NCBI GenBank assembly: GCA_031316235.1
Contig: JALDRA010000001.1
Span: forward strand, 1,770,001-1,802,000
From: Candidatus Scalindua sp.
GTDB lineage: Bacteria; Planctomycetota; Brocadiia; Brocadiales; Scalinduaceae
Length of the DNA stretch: 32,000 nucleotides
Reading direction: 5' to 3'
Every line of letters starts with the position of its first letter. Position 1 is the stretch's first letter. The notes under the pieces are model-generated. The model did not search any database. It saw nothing but the letters and a program-made list of their open reading frames with translations, and was not told where the DNA came from. Shown piece by piece: positions 1 through 8,437 of the stretch. Made by a program: the position numbers and the translations under genes.

Positions 1-275
1 AAGTCGTTGACCTGGAAGAGATCAGGATGCCTCTTACCGTCAGGACGAGGAGGAGGGGAGACAGGTTTTTTCCATTGGGATCTGATAGTTCTAAAAAACT
101 TAAAGATTTTTTCATCGATAGTAAAATCGCACAGAAAGAACGGGATATGATTCCCATAGTAACTATGCAGGACCAACCTATATGGGTAGTGGGATATCGG
201 ATTGACAATCGTATCAGAGTTTCTGAAAAAACTGAGAAACTATTGATAATGAAGGCTGAACAACATGAAAAGTGA
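1..275 (+). CDS. tilS: tRNA(Ile)-lysidine synthase, C-terminal fragment (5' end outside window; in-frame from nt 3)
   Basis: The frame is open from the window edge. The translation ...LTVRTRRRGDRFFPLGSDSSKKLKDFFIDSKIAQKERDMIPIV...PIWVVGYRIDNRIRV matches the conserved TilS C-terminal domain pattern (R-x-GD-x-F-x-PLG, KKLK-x-FF-x-D-x-KI). The stop overlaps the miaA start by 11 nt. Confidence 0.8.
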   Translation, partial: VVDLEEIRMPLTVRTRRRGDRFFPLGSDSSKKLKDFFIDSKIAQKERDMIPIVTMQDQPIWVVGYRIDNRIRVSEKTEKLLIMKAEQHEK

Positions 276-1227
276 AGAAAAGGAGTTCAATCCTGCTGCT
301 ACGTCACAAATTTTATGGATACTTACAGGAACAACGGCCAGTGATAAAACCGACATAGGTTTTCACATTGCACAGAAAATTGAAGGTGAGATACTCTCCG
401 CAGATTCAATGCTTATTTATCGAGGAATGGATATCGGGACAGCAAAACCCTCCCTAGAGATGAGAAAGAATATTCCCCATCATTTGATAGATATTGTTGA
501 TCCGTGGGAAAATTACAGTGTTGGGAAATATGTTGAAGATGCTGAAAATGTTATGAGTACCCTTCATAGAAAAAGGAGAAACTTTATTATTGTCGGAGGC
601 ACACCCCTTTACATTAAGGGAATTAGAGACGGTATATTCAGGAGTCCCGAAGCTGATTGGAAAATCCGTGAAGAGCTGGAGAGATACGCTCACGAAAAAG
701 GGAATTTGTATGTTCACGGTATTCTTGAGAAGATAGACCCCGTTACGGCCAGGAAACTGCACCCGAATAATATGAGACGAATAATTCGTGCTATAGAGGT
801 GTATAGGAAAACCGGAAGACAGATGTCAGATCTCCAAGAACTTCACAGGCAGAAAAAGAGGAATTGTATAATAGTATGCATAACAAGAGAGAGGGAGGAT
901 CGGTACAAGAGGATACATAAAAGGATTGATATAATGTTTGATAATGGCCTTGTTGACGAGGTTCAATCCCTGCTTGATTCTCCAAAAGGGCTCGGCAGAC
1001 AAGCAGGGCAGGCACTTGGGTATAGAGAAGTCATTCACTATCTTCAGGGTAACTGTACATTGGATGAGGCAAAAGTTATGTTAAAATTACACACCCGCAG
1101 GTTTTCCAAGAGGCAAATGACCTGGTTTCGGAGTTTTTCAAATATCAAGTGGTTAGAGGTAAAAGAAGGAGATAGCCTGGAATCGATTTCTGAGAAGATT
1201 ATTTCGGTTTTCAAGGGGAAGGTATAG
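265..1227 (+). CDS. miaA: tRNA dimethylallyltransferase (MiaA)
   Basis: 320 aa. N-terminal P-loop-like LTGTTASDKT followed by ILSADSMLIYRGMDIGTAKPS and IPHHLIDI. The C-terminal QMTWFR motif is typical of the IPP transferase family. Confidence 0.9.
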   Translation: MKSEEKEFNPAATSQILWILTGTTASDKTDIGFHIAQKIEGEILSADSMLIYRGMDIGTAKPSLEMRKNIPHHLIDIVDPWENYSVGKYVEDAENVMSTLHRKRRNFIIVGGTPLYIKGIRDGIFRSPEADWKIREELERYAHEKGNLYVHGILEKIDPVTARKLHPNNMRRIIRAIEVYRKTGRQMSDLQELHRQKKRNCIIVCITREREDRYKRIHKRIDIMFDNGLVDEVQSLLDSPKGLGRQAGQALGYREVIHYLQGNCTLDEAKVMLKLHTRRFSKRQMTWFRSFSNIKWLEVKEGDSLESISEKIISVFKGKV

Positions 1228-1356
1228 CGTTTGAACTCTCCATAGAGCTATTGCCGGGGGGTTGAGTAAACATTTCTTATTGAAGACTATTCAAATTCCC
1301 GTATAATGTTTAAAAATATTTCAGGACAGAAAGAGTTTTTATAAAGGCAGCACATT

Positions 1357-2220
1357 ATGCCAATTACCTATAAACAGCTAAAAACGCTCGAAGAGTTAAA
1401 GCCTTGCGAAAAGCTGCAGGAAGCGGTATGGGAATTTAATAAGAGCGACATAATACCATCAAGATTTATGCGACTGCTGTGTATACATGGAGGATTTGCC
1501 ATGGGGGCTTTTGACGCAGAGGCTATGATAGGTTTCGTGTTTGGTATTCCGGCAATTCACTATGGAAGACCGTCACAACATTCACACATGTTAGCAGTAT
1601 TGCCGGAATATCGCAATCAAAACGTGGGATTTCAATTGAAAAGAGCTCAACGGAAAAATGCCCTGAGCCGCAAATTAGATCTCATAACCTGGGCATTTGA
1701 CCCACTCCAATCCAAAAACGCTCACCTCAATATAAATAAGTTAGGCGTTATTGCCTGCAGCTATGATATAAACCTCTATGGAGAAGAAACTTCCAGCAAA
1801 CTGCACAGCGGGCTGGGTACTGACAGATTACTTGCTGAATGGTGGCTTGTCAGTGATAAAGTTACCGCTCTCATGGAAGGACGGACACAGGAGGTTGAAG
1901 AAAAATACTCTGTCAACGGCACACACATTAACAGGACCCGGCTGGATAATAAGGGTTTTCTCATTCCCCTTGAACCGGATTTAACCCTGACAAACGGAGT
2001 TTTATTGTTAGAGGTACCGGATAACATTGATAAAATGAAAGACGAAAATATAGCGGTCGCACATATATGGCGCACCCTTGTACAGAAATCACTTCTCCAC
2101 TATTTTGCTCAAGGATTTTACATTAGTTCCTTTCTGGTTGAGCGGGAAGCGGATAGACGCCGAAGCTACTATGTTCTTGAAAGGCTTACCAAACCATACA
2201 AGTCGATGACTATCGACTAA
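1357..2220 (+). CDS. GNAT-like acyltransferase-fold protein of unknown specificity (~290-aa uncharacterised family)
   Basis: 287-aa ORF. The segment HMLAVLPEYRNQNVGFQLKRAQR resembles the acyl-CoA-binding beta4-alpha3 segment (Q/R-x-x-G-x-G/A) of GNAT enzymes. Family membership is recalled from memory and was not searched. Confidence 0.5.
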   Translation: MPITYKQLKTLEELKPCEKLQEAVWEFNKSDIIPSRFMRLLCIHGGFAMGAFDAEAMIGFVFGIPAIHYGRPSQHSHMLAVLPEYRNQNVGFQLKRAQRKNALSRKLDLITWAFDPLQSKNAHLNINKLGVIACSYDINLYGEETSSKLHSGLGTDRLLAEWWLVSDKVTALMEGRTQEVEEKYSVNGTHINRTRLDNKGFLIPLEPDLTLTNGVLLLEVPDNIDKMKDENIAVAHIWRTLVQKSLLHYFAQGFYISSFLVEREADRRRSYYVLERLTKPYKSMTID

Positions 2221-2255
2221 AAACTTCTTGATCGTATACTAAAACCTGTTTGGTT

Positions 2256-2277
2256 TTTGGCTTTCCAAAAAGCCAAA
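2256..2277 (+). terminator. Perfect hairpin downstream of the GNAT-like gene (possible terminator; no U-tract)
   Basis: TTTGGCTTT (2256-2264), CCAA loop, AAAGCCAAA (2269-2277). It begins 36 nt after the stop at 2220. No T-run follows, so terminator function is uncertain. Confidence 0.3.
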
Positions 2278-2553
2278 GCCTGGTTGAAGTTATGCTCATC
2301 TTGAATCAGGCACAAGACGTATGCACACTATCTTCCCGAGCACATAAAGAGAAGGAAAAAAGCGCGTGGCTGAGGAGATAAACCGCTGGTACGCTCTGGT
2401 AAAGGAGAGAACTCTTTCCAGGTATTCAATTCATAATTGCAACAAGAAATACACCGAGACTGTATGGGTATATAGATATGGATAAAATAGTTAGAAGAAA
2501 TGTTATTTTCAATCACAGTAAGTCGCTAGAAATTCAGTAATAAGGAATATTGC

Positions 2554-4092
2554 ATGTCAGAAGGAAAATCTGAAAAAGTCCTCCTGTGCCTCATGATTGC
2601 GGGAATACTCTTTGGTATTGCTATTGGAGGGTTTTTACCGGAAAAAGGGAAAGAAATGGCATTCATGGGAGAATTTTTCATCGGTTATCTAAAAATGCTT
2701 GTTATTCCGCTCGTCATTACCTCAATGATCTCAGGAGTTACCGGACTGGGAGATATCAGAAAATTAGGAGGATTAGGAAGGAAAACCATTCTTTACTATT
2801 TGGCAACAACGGGTTGCGCGGTCCTCATAGGGATTATTTTAGTTGTTATCATTGGCCCTGGAAGAGCAGATACAAAGGAGGAGCAGTTGAAGTTGCGGGG
2901 AGGATCTTCTTTACCGGAGTTATCTTATACCATACAAGGCAATCAAATTACGTTTGATGAAGCTCTGGAGAAAAACAGATATGATGAGAGGTACCTGATC
3001 ATTCTTCGTGATCAGGATGGAATCAGGGGGACTATCAGCGAAATGGAAGATGAAAACATTTGTATTGTTCGTAATTGGGTTCAGGTTGGGGGAGATAGCC
3101 ACAAAATAGCGGAAGCGAGACCAGAGGGAAAGGGAAAAGGAATCGATTTTGATCTATCGCTGTCAGATAAAGTTTTACACAAACAAGGGAAAACTATCGG
3201 CAGTACTTTAAAGGAAGTTTTATTAGGACTCGCTCCAGACAATCTCATCAAAGCGATGTCTGAGACAAAGGTCCTGCCTGTTCTCGTGTTTGCAATGATT
3301 ATAGGTGCGATCCTTACGACGCTTGGAGAACCGGGAAAACCCGTAATCGCTTTTTTTCACGGAGCAAATGAGGCAATTTTAAAATTCGTACAACTGTTAA
3401 TGCTTATAGCTCCTTTCGGAATCGCATGCCTTATCGCAGGCAAATTGGGGGACGCAGGGGGAATTGAAAAGTTCGGGCTTGAATTCAAAAAAATTGGATT
3501 CTATGCCATGACGGTACTTCTGGGATTATGCATACATGCAATTGTTGTCCTCCCGCTCATTTTGAAATTCTTTGCAAAACGAAATATACTATCGTATGCC
3601 CGGGGGGCAAGTTCCGCCCTATTAACCGCATTCAGTACCGCGTCGAGTTCGGCAACACTACCGGTAACCATCAAGTGCAGTGAAGACAACAATCAGGTTT
3701 CCCCAAGAGCAGCAGCCTTTGTTTTACCTCTTGGCGCTACTATCAACATGGATGGAACCGCCTTATATGAAGCGGTTGCGGCAATCTTTATTGCACAGTT
3801 ATATGGTATCGATTTAGGTATGGGACACTTGACAGTAATATTTTTAACCGCCACATTAGCAGCTATCGGGGCCGCCGGTATTCCTGAAGCTGGCCTGGTA
3901 ACCATGGTGATAGTATTGGAAGCAGTTGGATTGCCAATAGAAGGGATCTCGATGATTTTAATGATTGACTGGTTTTTAGACCGATGTCGTACTTCGGTAA
4001 ACGTATGGGGTGATTCTGTTGGGGCAGCGGTCATAGACAAAGGTTTAGAGGGTGAGTTGAAAAAAAAGTGTCTTATTGGCGGTGAGGGTTGA
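2554..4092 (+). CDS. Dicarboxylate/amino acid:cation symporter (DAACS/SDF family, GltP-like) with an enlarged TM3-TM4 loop
   Basis: 512 aa. Family signatures are present: TASSSATLPV, INMDGTALYEA and DRCRTSVNVWGD, plus multiple hydrophobic helices. AAGGA lies 7 nt upstream of the ATG. Confidence 0.85.
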   Translation: MSEGKSEKVLLCLMIAGILFGIAIGGFLPEKGKEMAFMGEFFIGYLKMLVIPLVITSMISGVTGLGDIRKLGGLGRKTILYYLATTGCAVLIGIILVVIIGPGRADTKEEQLKLRGGSSLPELSYTIQGNQITFDEALEKNRYDERYLIILRDQDGIRGTISEMEDENICIVRNWVQVGGDSHKIAEARPEGKGKGIDFDLSLSDKVLHKQGKTIGSTLKEVLLGLAPDNLIKAMSETKVLPVLVFAMIIGAILTTLGEPGKPVIAFFHGANEAILKFVQLLMLIAPFGIACLIAGKLGDAGGIEKFGLEFKKIGFYAMTVLLGLCIHAIVVLPLILKFFAKRNILSYARGASSALLTAFSTASSSATLPVTIKCSEDNNQVSPRAAAFVLPLGATINMDGTALYEAVAAIFIAQLYGIDLGMGHLTVIFLTATLAAIGAAGIPEAGLVTMVIVLEAVGLPIEGISMILMIDWFLDRCRTSVNVWGDSVGAAVIDKGLEGELKKKCLIGGEG

Positions 4093-4416
4093 AACATAAG
4101 TTAGGTCAAGTTACCTTTCGAGATAGGAAATTACTGGGGAGAAAAGATATTTCAAGAGACTAAAGTTAATAAGCGATTAAAAAGACAAAACTCTTCCCTA
4201 TTTCAGCCATGATTGATATACTTCTGATATTGTTTTTAGTCTCTAAATCAATAATTTCCTGCTTTTTTTGCTGCCCGTCCGAACGCAATCATCCGGGGAG
4301 GGGGAATTGTCAACTTATGGATTGTCTTACCACACCTTCTGTGTGTTAAAGAAACGCAACTCATCATTGGCGATCGTTGCGGCTTTGCGTGAGAACTTCT
4401 TTTTCAGGAGAATGAG

Positions 4417-5526
4417 ATCAAGATCGAAAGGTTCGAAATTCGGGAAATTACCCTGCCACTTGTCCATTTTTTTGAAACAAGCTTCGGCAGGACGGAGAAG
4501 CGCCGCATACTCCTGACAAAGGTGTTTTGTGACGGTACACCTGGATATGGTGAGTGTACGGCAGGGGAGAGACCATTATTCTCTCACGAGACAATCGATA
4601 CGGCCTGGATTATCATACGAGATGTTTTAGTGCCACTGGTACTCAACAGGGACTGGGACTCACCATCGGACCTTAGCCAATGGTTGCAGCCAATAAGGGG
4701 ACACCACATGGCTCGTGCAGCGGTGGAAAATGCTTGTTGGGACCTGTCTGCCAGAGCGAAAAATATACCTCTTCACCAATTGTTGGGAGGGACACTCAAG
4801 AAAATTCCCTGCGGGGTCTCTATCGGCATCCAGGACTCTCCTGAACAACTGCTGGACAAAATCAAAACTGAACTGAGTGCCGGTTACCGCAGAATCAAGA
4901 TCAAGATCAAGCCTGGATGGGACTATGATATTGTCAGCCGAGTCCGTCAGCAGTTTCCTGATATTTCCCTCTCCGTAGATGCTAACTCAGCATACACCCT
5001 TGCCGATATTGATCTGCTCAAACGGTTTGATGACTTTAACCTGATTATGATGGAGCAACCATTGAGTTATGATGATATTGTTGACCATGCACAATTACAA
5101 AGAGAGTTGCGGACGGCCATCTGTCTTGACGAACCAATAACTTCGGTCGATAAAGCACGCAAGGCCATTGAGATGAAGAGCGGAAGGATAATCAACCTGA
5201 AATTAGGACGCGTTGGCGGTTTCAGTGAAGCTATCAAGATTCATGATTACGCTGTGGAACATAACATACCTGTCTGGTGTGGAGGCATGCTGGAAGCCGG
5301 TATCGGCAGATCCCACAATATCGCGATGTCAACACTGCCCGGTTTCATTTTGCCCGGTGATGTGTCGGCCAGTAATCGATATTTCCTGAAAGACATTATC
5401 GATCCACCCGTAACCGTTGACAGTCAAGGTTTCATCGATGTTCCACAGATCGGCGGAACGGGTTACGAACCGGAAGAGGATTATATTGAAGAAATTACGG
5501 TGAGGAGAGAGGTGTTTACAAAATAA
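4417..5526 (+). CDS. Enolase-superfamily o-succinylbenzoate synthase / N-acylamino-acid racemase (OSBS/NSAR subgroup); start codon uncertain (proposed ATC)
   Basis: Catalytic motifs are all visible: RIKIKIKPG (K-x-K), SVDANSAY, MMEQP, CLDE and NLKLGRVGG. Homology clearly extends upstream of the tracked GTG (4522) as IKIERFEIREITLPLVHFFETSFGRTEKRRILLTK, in the same frame. AGGAG at 4406-4410 lies 6 nt before ATC 4417. Confidence 0.8.
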   Translation: MKIERFEIREITLPLVHFFETSFGRTEKRRILLTKVFCDGTPGYGECTAGERPLFSHETIDTAWIIIRDVLVPLVLNRDWDSPSDLSQWLQPIRGHHMARAAVENACWDLSARAKNIPLHQLLGGTLKKIPCGVSIGIQDSPEQLLDKIKTELSAGYRRIKIKIKPGWDYDIVSRVRQQFPDISLSVDANSAYTLADIDLLKRFDDFNLIMMEQPLSYDDIVDHAQLQRELRTAICLDEPITSVDKARKAIEMKSGRIINLKLGRVGGFSEAIKIHDYAVEHNIPVWCGGMLEAGIGRSHNIAMSTLPGFILPGDVSASNRYFLKDIIDPPVTVDSQGFIDVPQIGGTGYEPEEDYIEEITVRREVFTK

Positions 5527-5546
5527 ACGTGCAAAGTAAAAAGGGA

Positions 5547-5580
5547 TGCTCTTCAAGATCTGAGAGCACTTTGATATTTC
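5547..5580 (+). terminator. Weak hairpin plus T-rich tail after the OSBS/NSAR gene
   Basis: TGCTCT (5547-5552), a 10-nt loop and AGAGCA (5563-5568), followed by CTTTGATATTTCTTATTT. The stem is only 6 bp. Confidence 0.3.
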
Positions 5581-5710
5581 TTATTTGCCGTATTTCAGTA
5601 TAAGGTAAATCCTTTCTGCATCAGAAACGTTGTTGCTGCCACTTTAGAGAAAGATACTGTTACGCGTTCCCTCATACCCCTGAAGAAATTCACCAACATG
5701 CCTGATTTCC

Positions 5711-6556
5711 TTAATCTCGTTTAAAGAGTAGCCTGGAAAAATTGTACATCACAAAATATTCCCATGCAAACGGGCCGAACCCAAGAAAACCGACAACCGG
5801 CATCTCGAATATCTTGATATCCTGCATGAATGGTGCAGTATAAACCCATTTTGAGGCCGCCCAATAGTTCCAGAATTCCCACAATACCCCACAAATAAAA
5901 CCAGCCGCAAAAAGATTGAGAATTCTTTTTAATACTCCGTTTTCCAGGTCTCGCAGCAGAGACTCTCCGTTGCTGGAATACACAATCGGTTCTAACAGCA
6001 TTACAAAGCCTGTCCAGACAAGGCCAAAGAGATACTTGGCGTAATCTCCACTGATGAGCAATGGTGCCATAATGAAGACAAAACCCAGCACAATACCACT
6101 ATAAATTATCCTGTTTGTAACTTTCAGTTTTGCAATACGAAATTTGCTGAAAACCTGAAGTGTATCCAGGAGTTCGGCCGTAAGAAACAATCCTGGCATT
6201 ATTGTTGCGAAGGAAAGGCCCGTCCCTAAAGAGAGTTCTAATGGATGTGTTGGTAAACCAACATACTTCCAATTGGCAAGATGCAGATTGTAGACCTCAA
6301 AAAGGAGCCAGATAATAACTGACAGCGGGAGTTGTAATAAAAAATTCTTCCGCCTGCTGCAGATAAGAGAATTGCCCTTAATTTTGAATATCACGGCATC
6401 TAACAGGAATATGTACCCCCACCAGCATAAGGGTGTTGTCCATACACTTATCCTGTGTGCTATCGAGAAACGATATTGAAGGGCTACTCCAGCCTCTGCC
6501 AACAGGATAAGAAAGATGCCAATCCAGCCGTATAGTTTAAAATCGTGTCCTTTCAT
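5711..6556 (-). CDS. Polytopic integral membrane protein, unknown function
   Basis: 281-aa ORF with about 7-8 hydrophobic segments and Trp/Phe-rich loops (WEFWNYWAASKW, GFLGFGPFAWEY). I recognise no family. Confidence 0.6.
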   Translation of the reverse strand: MKGHDFKLYGWIGIFLILLAEAGVALQYRFSIAHRISVWTTPLCWWGYIFLLDAVIFKIKGNSLICSRRKNFLLQLPLSVIIWLLFEVYNLHLANWKYVGLPTHPLELSLGTGLSFATIMPGLFLTAELLDTLQVFSKFRIAKLKVTNRIIYSGIVLGFVFIMAPLLISGDYAKYLFGLVWTGFVMLLEPIVYSSNGESLLRDLENGVLKRILNLFAAGFICGVLWEFWNYWAASKWVYTAPFMQDIKIFEMPVVGFLGFGPFAWEYFVMYNFSRLLFKRD

Positions 6557-6643
6557 CGCACTTGCCCAGAAGCACCAGAATATTCAGGTTTTTGTATATC
6601 TACACTTCAGAAAGCATATTTTTCGCTGCTGTTAAGTAGTGGT

Positions 6644-7900
6644 TCATGTTGAAGGTATCTCTAAAATCATCTTCCTGAGCATATTTAATGCCGTCAGAGT
6701 TGCACTTTGTATGTTGCTGCTGCGATGATCTCCCATTACATATTTCTGAGAAACAATCTTTCCTTCTCTTGCAACACAGATCCATGTCGTTCCAACAGGT
6801 TTTTCTCTGGTTCCTCCTCCCGGTCCGGCAATTCCCGAAGTTGCAATAACAAAATCGGTTTTCAGCAATTGCAAACAACCCTTGGCCATCTCTTCTACAA
6901 CTGCTTTGCTTACCGCACCATGTTTTATCAGGATATCCATGCTTACATTGAGAACATCATGCTTTACCTCGTTTGAATAGGCAACAACGCTCCCCTTGAA
7001 ATATTCAGAGCTGCCCGGAATTGAGGTAATCAATGCGGCAATTCTTCCACCCGTACAGCTTTCCGCGCTTGCCAATGTCAAACTCTTCTTTTTTAATAAT
7101 ACGCCTATCACCTTTTCGATTCCCTCTTCTTCGTAACTCACGATAGCTTCAGGTATAATGTGCTTGAGTTTTGAAATATGACCAGAAATCTTCTCCTTAA
7201 GTTTTTCATAATCAACACCTGAAATGCTTACTCGCAACCGGATCATCCCTGGTGAAGGGAGGTAAGCCAATTTTACATCTTGAGGGAGAGTGTTTTCCCA
7301 CTCTTCCAGTACCAGTGAGAGTTCCGATTCAGTAAAACCCTGAATGATGAGTGTCCTGTGAATTATAAACGGGGTGCTGAATCTGCTCTTTAGAAATGGC
7401 AACACGTGGTTTTCCATAATTGACTTCATTTCAAAAGGTACTCCCGGCAGAGACACGTATACTTTTCCATTTTCTTCAAACAACATACCGGGAGCTGTAC
7501 CATGTAGATTGGAGAGCGGTTTACAATTTTCTGGAACAAGGGCCTGCTCCCTGTTTAAGATATTCATCGGGTAAGTCCTTTTTGAGAGCAGCCCTTCGAT
7601 ATTCTTAAGGACCTCCCTATCTTCAACTAAAACGGTTTTAAAATATTCTGCCAGGGTCTGTTTTGTTCTATCGTCTCGTGTCGGGCCGAGTCCTCCCGTA
7701 ATCAATATGATATCCACCCGTTCATCTGCGAGTTTAATGGCTCTTGTAATACGGTCACTATCATCCGGAATAATGCTGATTTGACATACCGAGATCCCCA
7801 TCTCATCAAGTTTTTCAGTCATCCAGAAAGAATTTGTGTCAACTTTTTGCCCGATGAGAATTTCGTCTCCTATGATAATTACTTCAGCAGAAACCATCAT
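6644..7900 (-). CDS. cinA: CinA-family protein (MoCF-type N-terminal domain plus C-terminal nicotinamide-nucleotide amidase PncC-like domain)
   Basis: MMVSAEVIIIGDEILIGQKVDTNS...ITGGLGPTRDDRTKQ at the N-terminus and SAESCTGGRIAALIT at the C-terminus. I chose the start at the ATG ATG pair (7900/7897), not the ORF-track start at 8026. The 42 extra codons are Cys/His-rich and atypical, and the resulting 419 aa fits the family. Confidence 0.85.
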   Translation of the reverse strand: MMVSAEVIIIGDEILIGQKVDTNSFWMTEKLDEMGISVCQISIIPDDSDRITRAIKLADERVDIILITGGLGPTRDDRTKQTLAEYFKTVLVEDREVLKNIEGLLSKRTYPMNILNREQALVPENCKPLSNLHGTAPGMLFEENGKVYVSLPGVPFEMKSIMENHVLPFLKSRFSTPFIIHRTLIIQGFTESELSLVLEEWENTLPQDVKLAYLPSPGMIRLRVSISGVDYEKLKEKISGHISKLKHIIPEAIVSYEEEGIEKVIGVLLKKKSLTLASAESCTGGRIAALITSIPGSSEYFKGSVVAYSNEVKHDVLNVSMDILIKHGAVSKAVVEEMAKGCLQLLKTDFVIATSGIAGPGGGTREKPVGTTWICVAREGKIVSQKYVMGDHRSSNIQSATLTALNMLRKMILEIPST

Positions 7901-8116
7901 TTTCGATTTGCCTGAACAACATAAGCAATGGCAGACGCCGGAACTCCAAATATGGTCTTTTTTTTGCTTGCTAACATGTCTTTGTGTTAATGCACTTATT
8001 AACCGATAAAAGACTTTCAGATGCACCCTTTATACGTACTGGCATTATCAGCAAAAATAAAACACATTTCAAACAAAATATCGAAGAATAAAACAAAGAT
8101 TGTCTCGACAAATATC

Positions 8117-8145
8117 TTGACTCCAGCCTTCTATAAGCATAAACT
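8117..8145 (+). promoter_or_regulatory. sigma70-like promoter candidate (TTGACT-17 nt-TAAACT)
   Basis: TTGACT at 8117-8122, a 17-nt spacer, then TAAACT at 8140-8145. It sits inside a 411-nt gene-free region about 290 nt upstream of the next (+) CDS. Confidence 0.3.
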
Positions 8146-8437
8146 CATAGGTGGCAAAGGGGTATAAGGAGCCCTTTTATGGTGAAAATTTATGAAGCGT
8201 TTGTGTCCGGAGAGGAGCGATCAAAATCCCCCTGATCACAAATTCAATGAAAGTGAGCCATAGATCCAGGTATCTCTGTACGCGGATTCACTGCATGGAA
8301 AGAGCCGGGACCACCTAGAAGAAATTGTCTGGTAGTCTCACAAAGTTGTTTCCGTCAATCTAATTCTCCGTATTTCAAGCAGCTTCTTACATTTGCTCAA
8401 TCTGTATATATTTGGTTAATTTTTCCAAGGAGCGACT

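Noticed and set aside
2328-2516. 62-aa ORF on the - strand in the GNAT-transporter spacer
   Set aside because: It has no SD, is Cys/Ile-rich with low complexity, and is the only sub-70-aa ORF in an otherwise promoter-like AT-rich spacer.
3693-4097. 134-aa ORF on the - strand
   Set aside because: It is antisense to the 3' third of the DAACS transporter, which carries conserved family motifs in the + frame.
4268-4516. 82-aa ORF on the + strand upstream of the OSBS/NSAR gene
   Set aside because: Its 3' half overlaps, out of frame, the conserved N-terminal strands of the enolase-family protein. Its own sequence is Arg/Ser-rich with no family resemblance. Only its internal ATG at 4412 is relevant, as an alternative explanation for the start-codon anomaly.
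8195-8325. Strings reminiscent of SRP RNA (GTCCGGAGAGGAGC, GCCGGGA) and RNase P RNA (GGAAAGAGCCGGGAC)
   Set aside because: In 4.5S/SRP RNA the two motifs sit about 25 nt apart around a GNAR tetraloop. Here they are about 100 nt apart and the loop-closing pairs do not form. The region is far too short and AT-rich for RNase P RNA. I kept it only as a generic candidate structured region.
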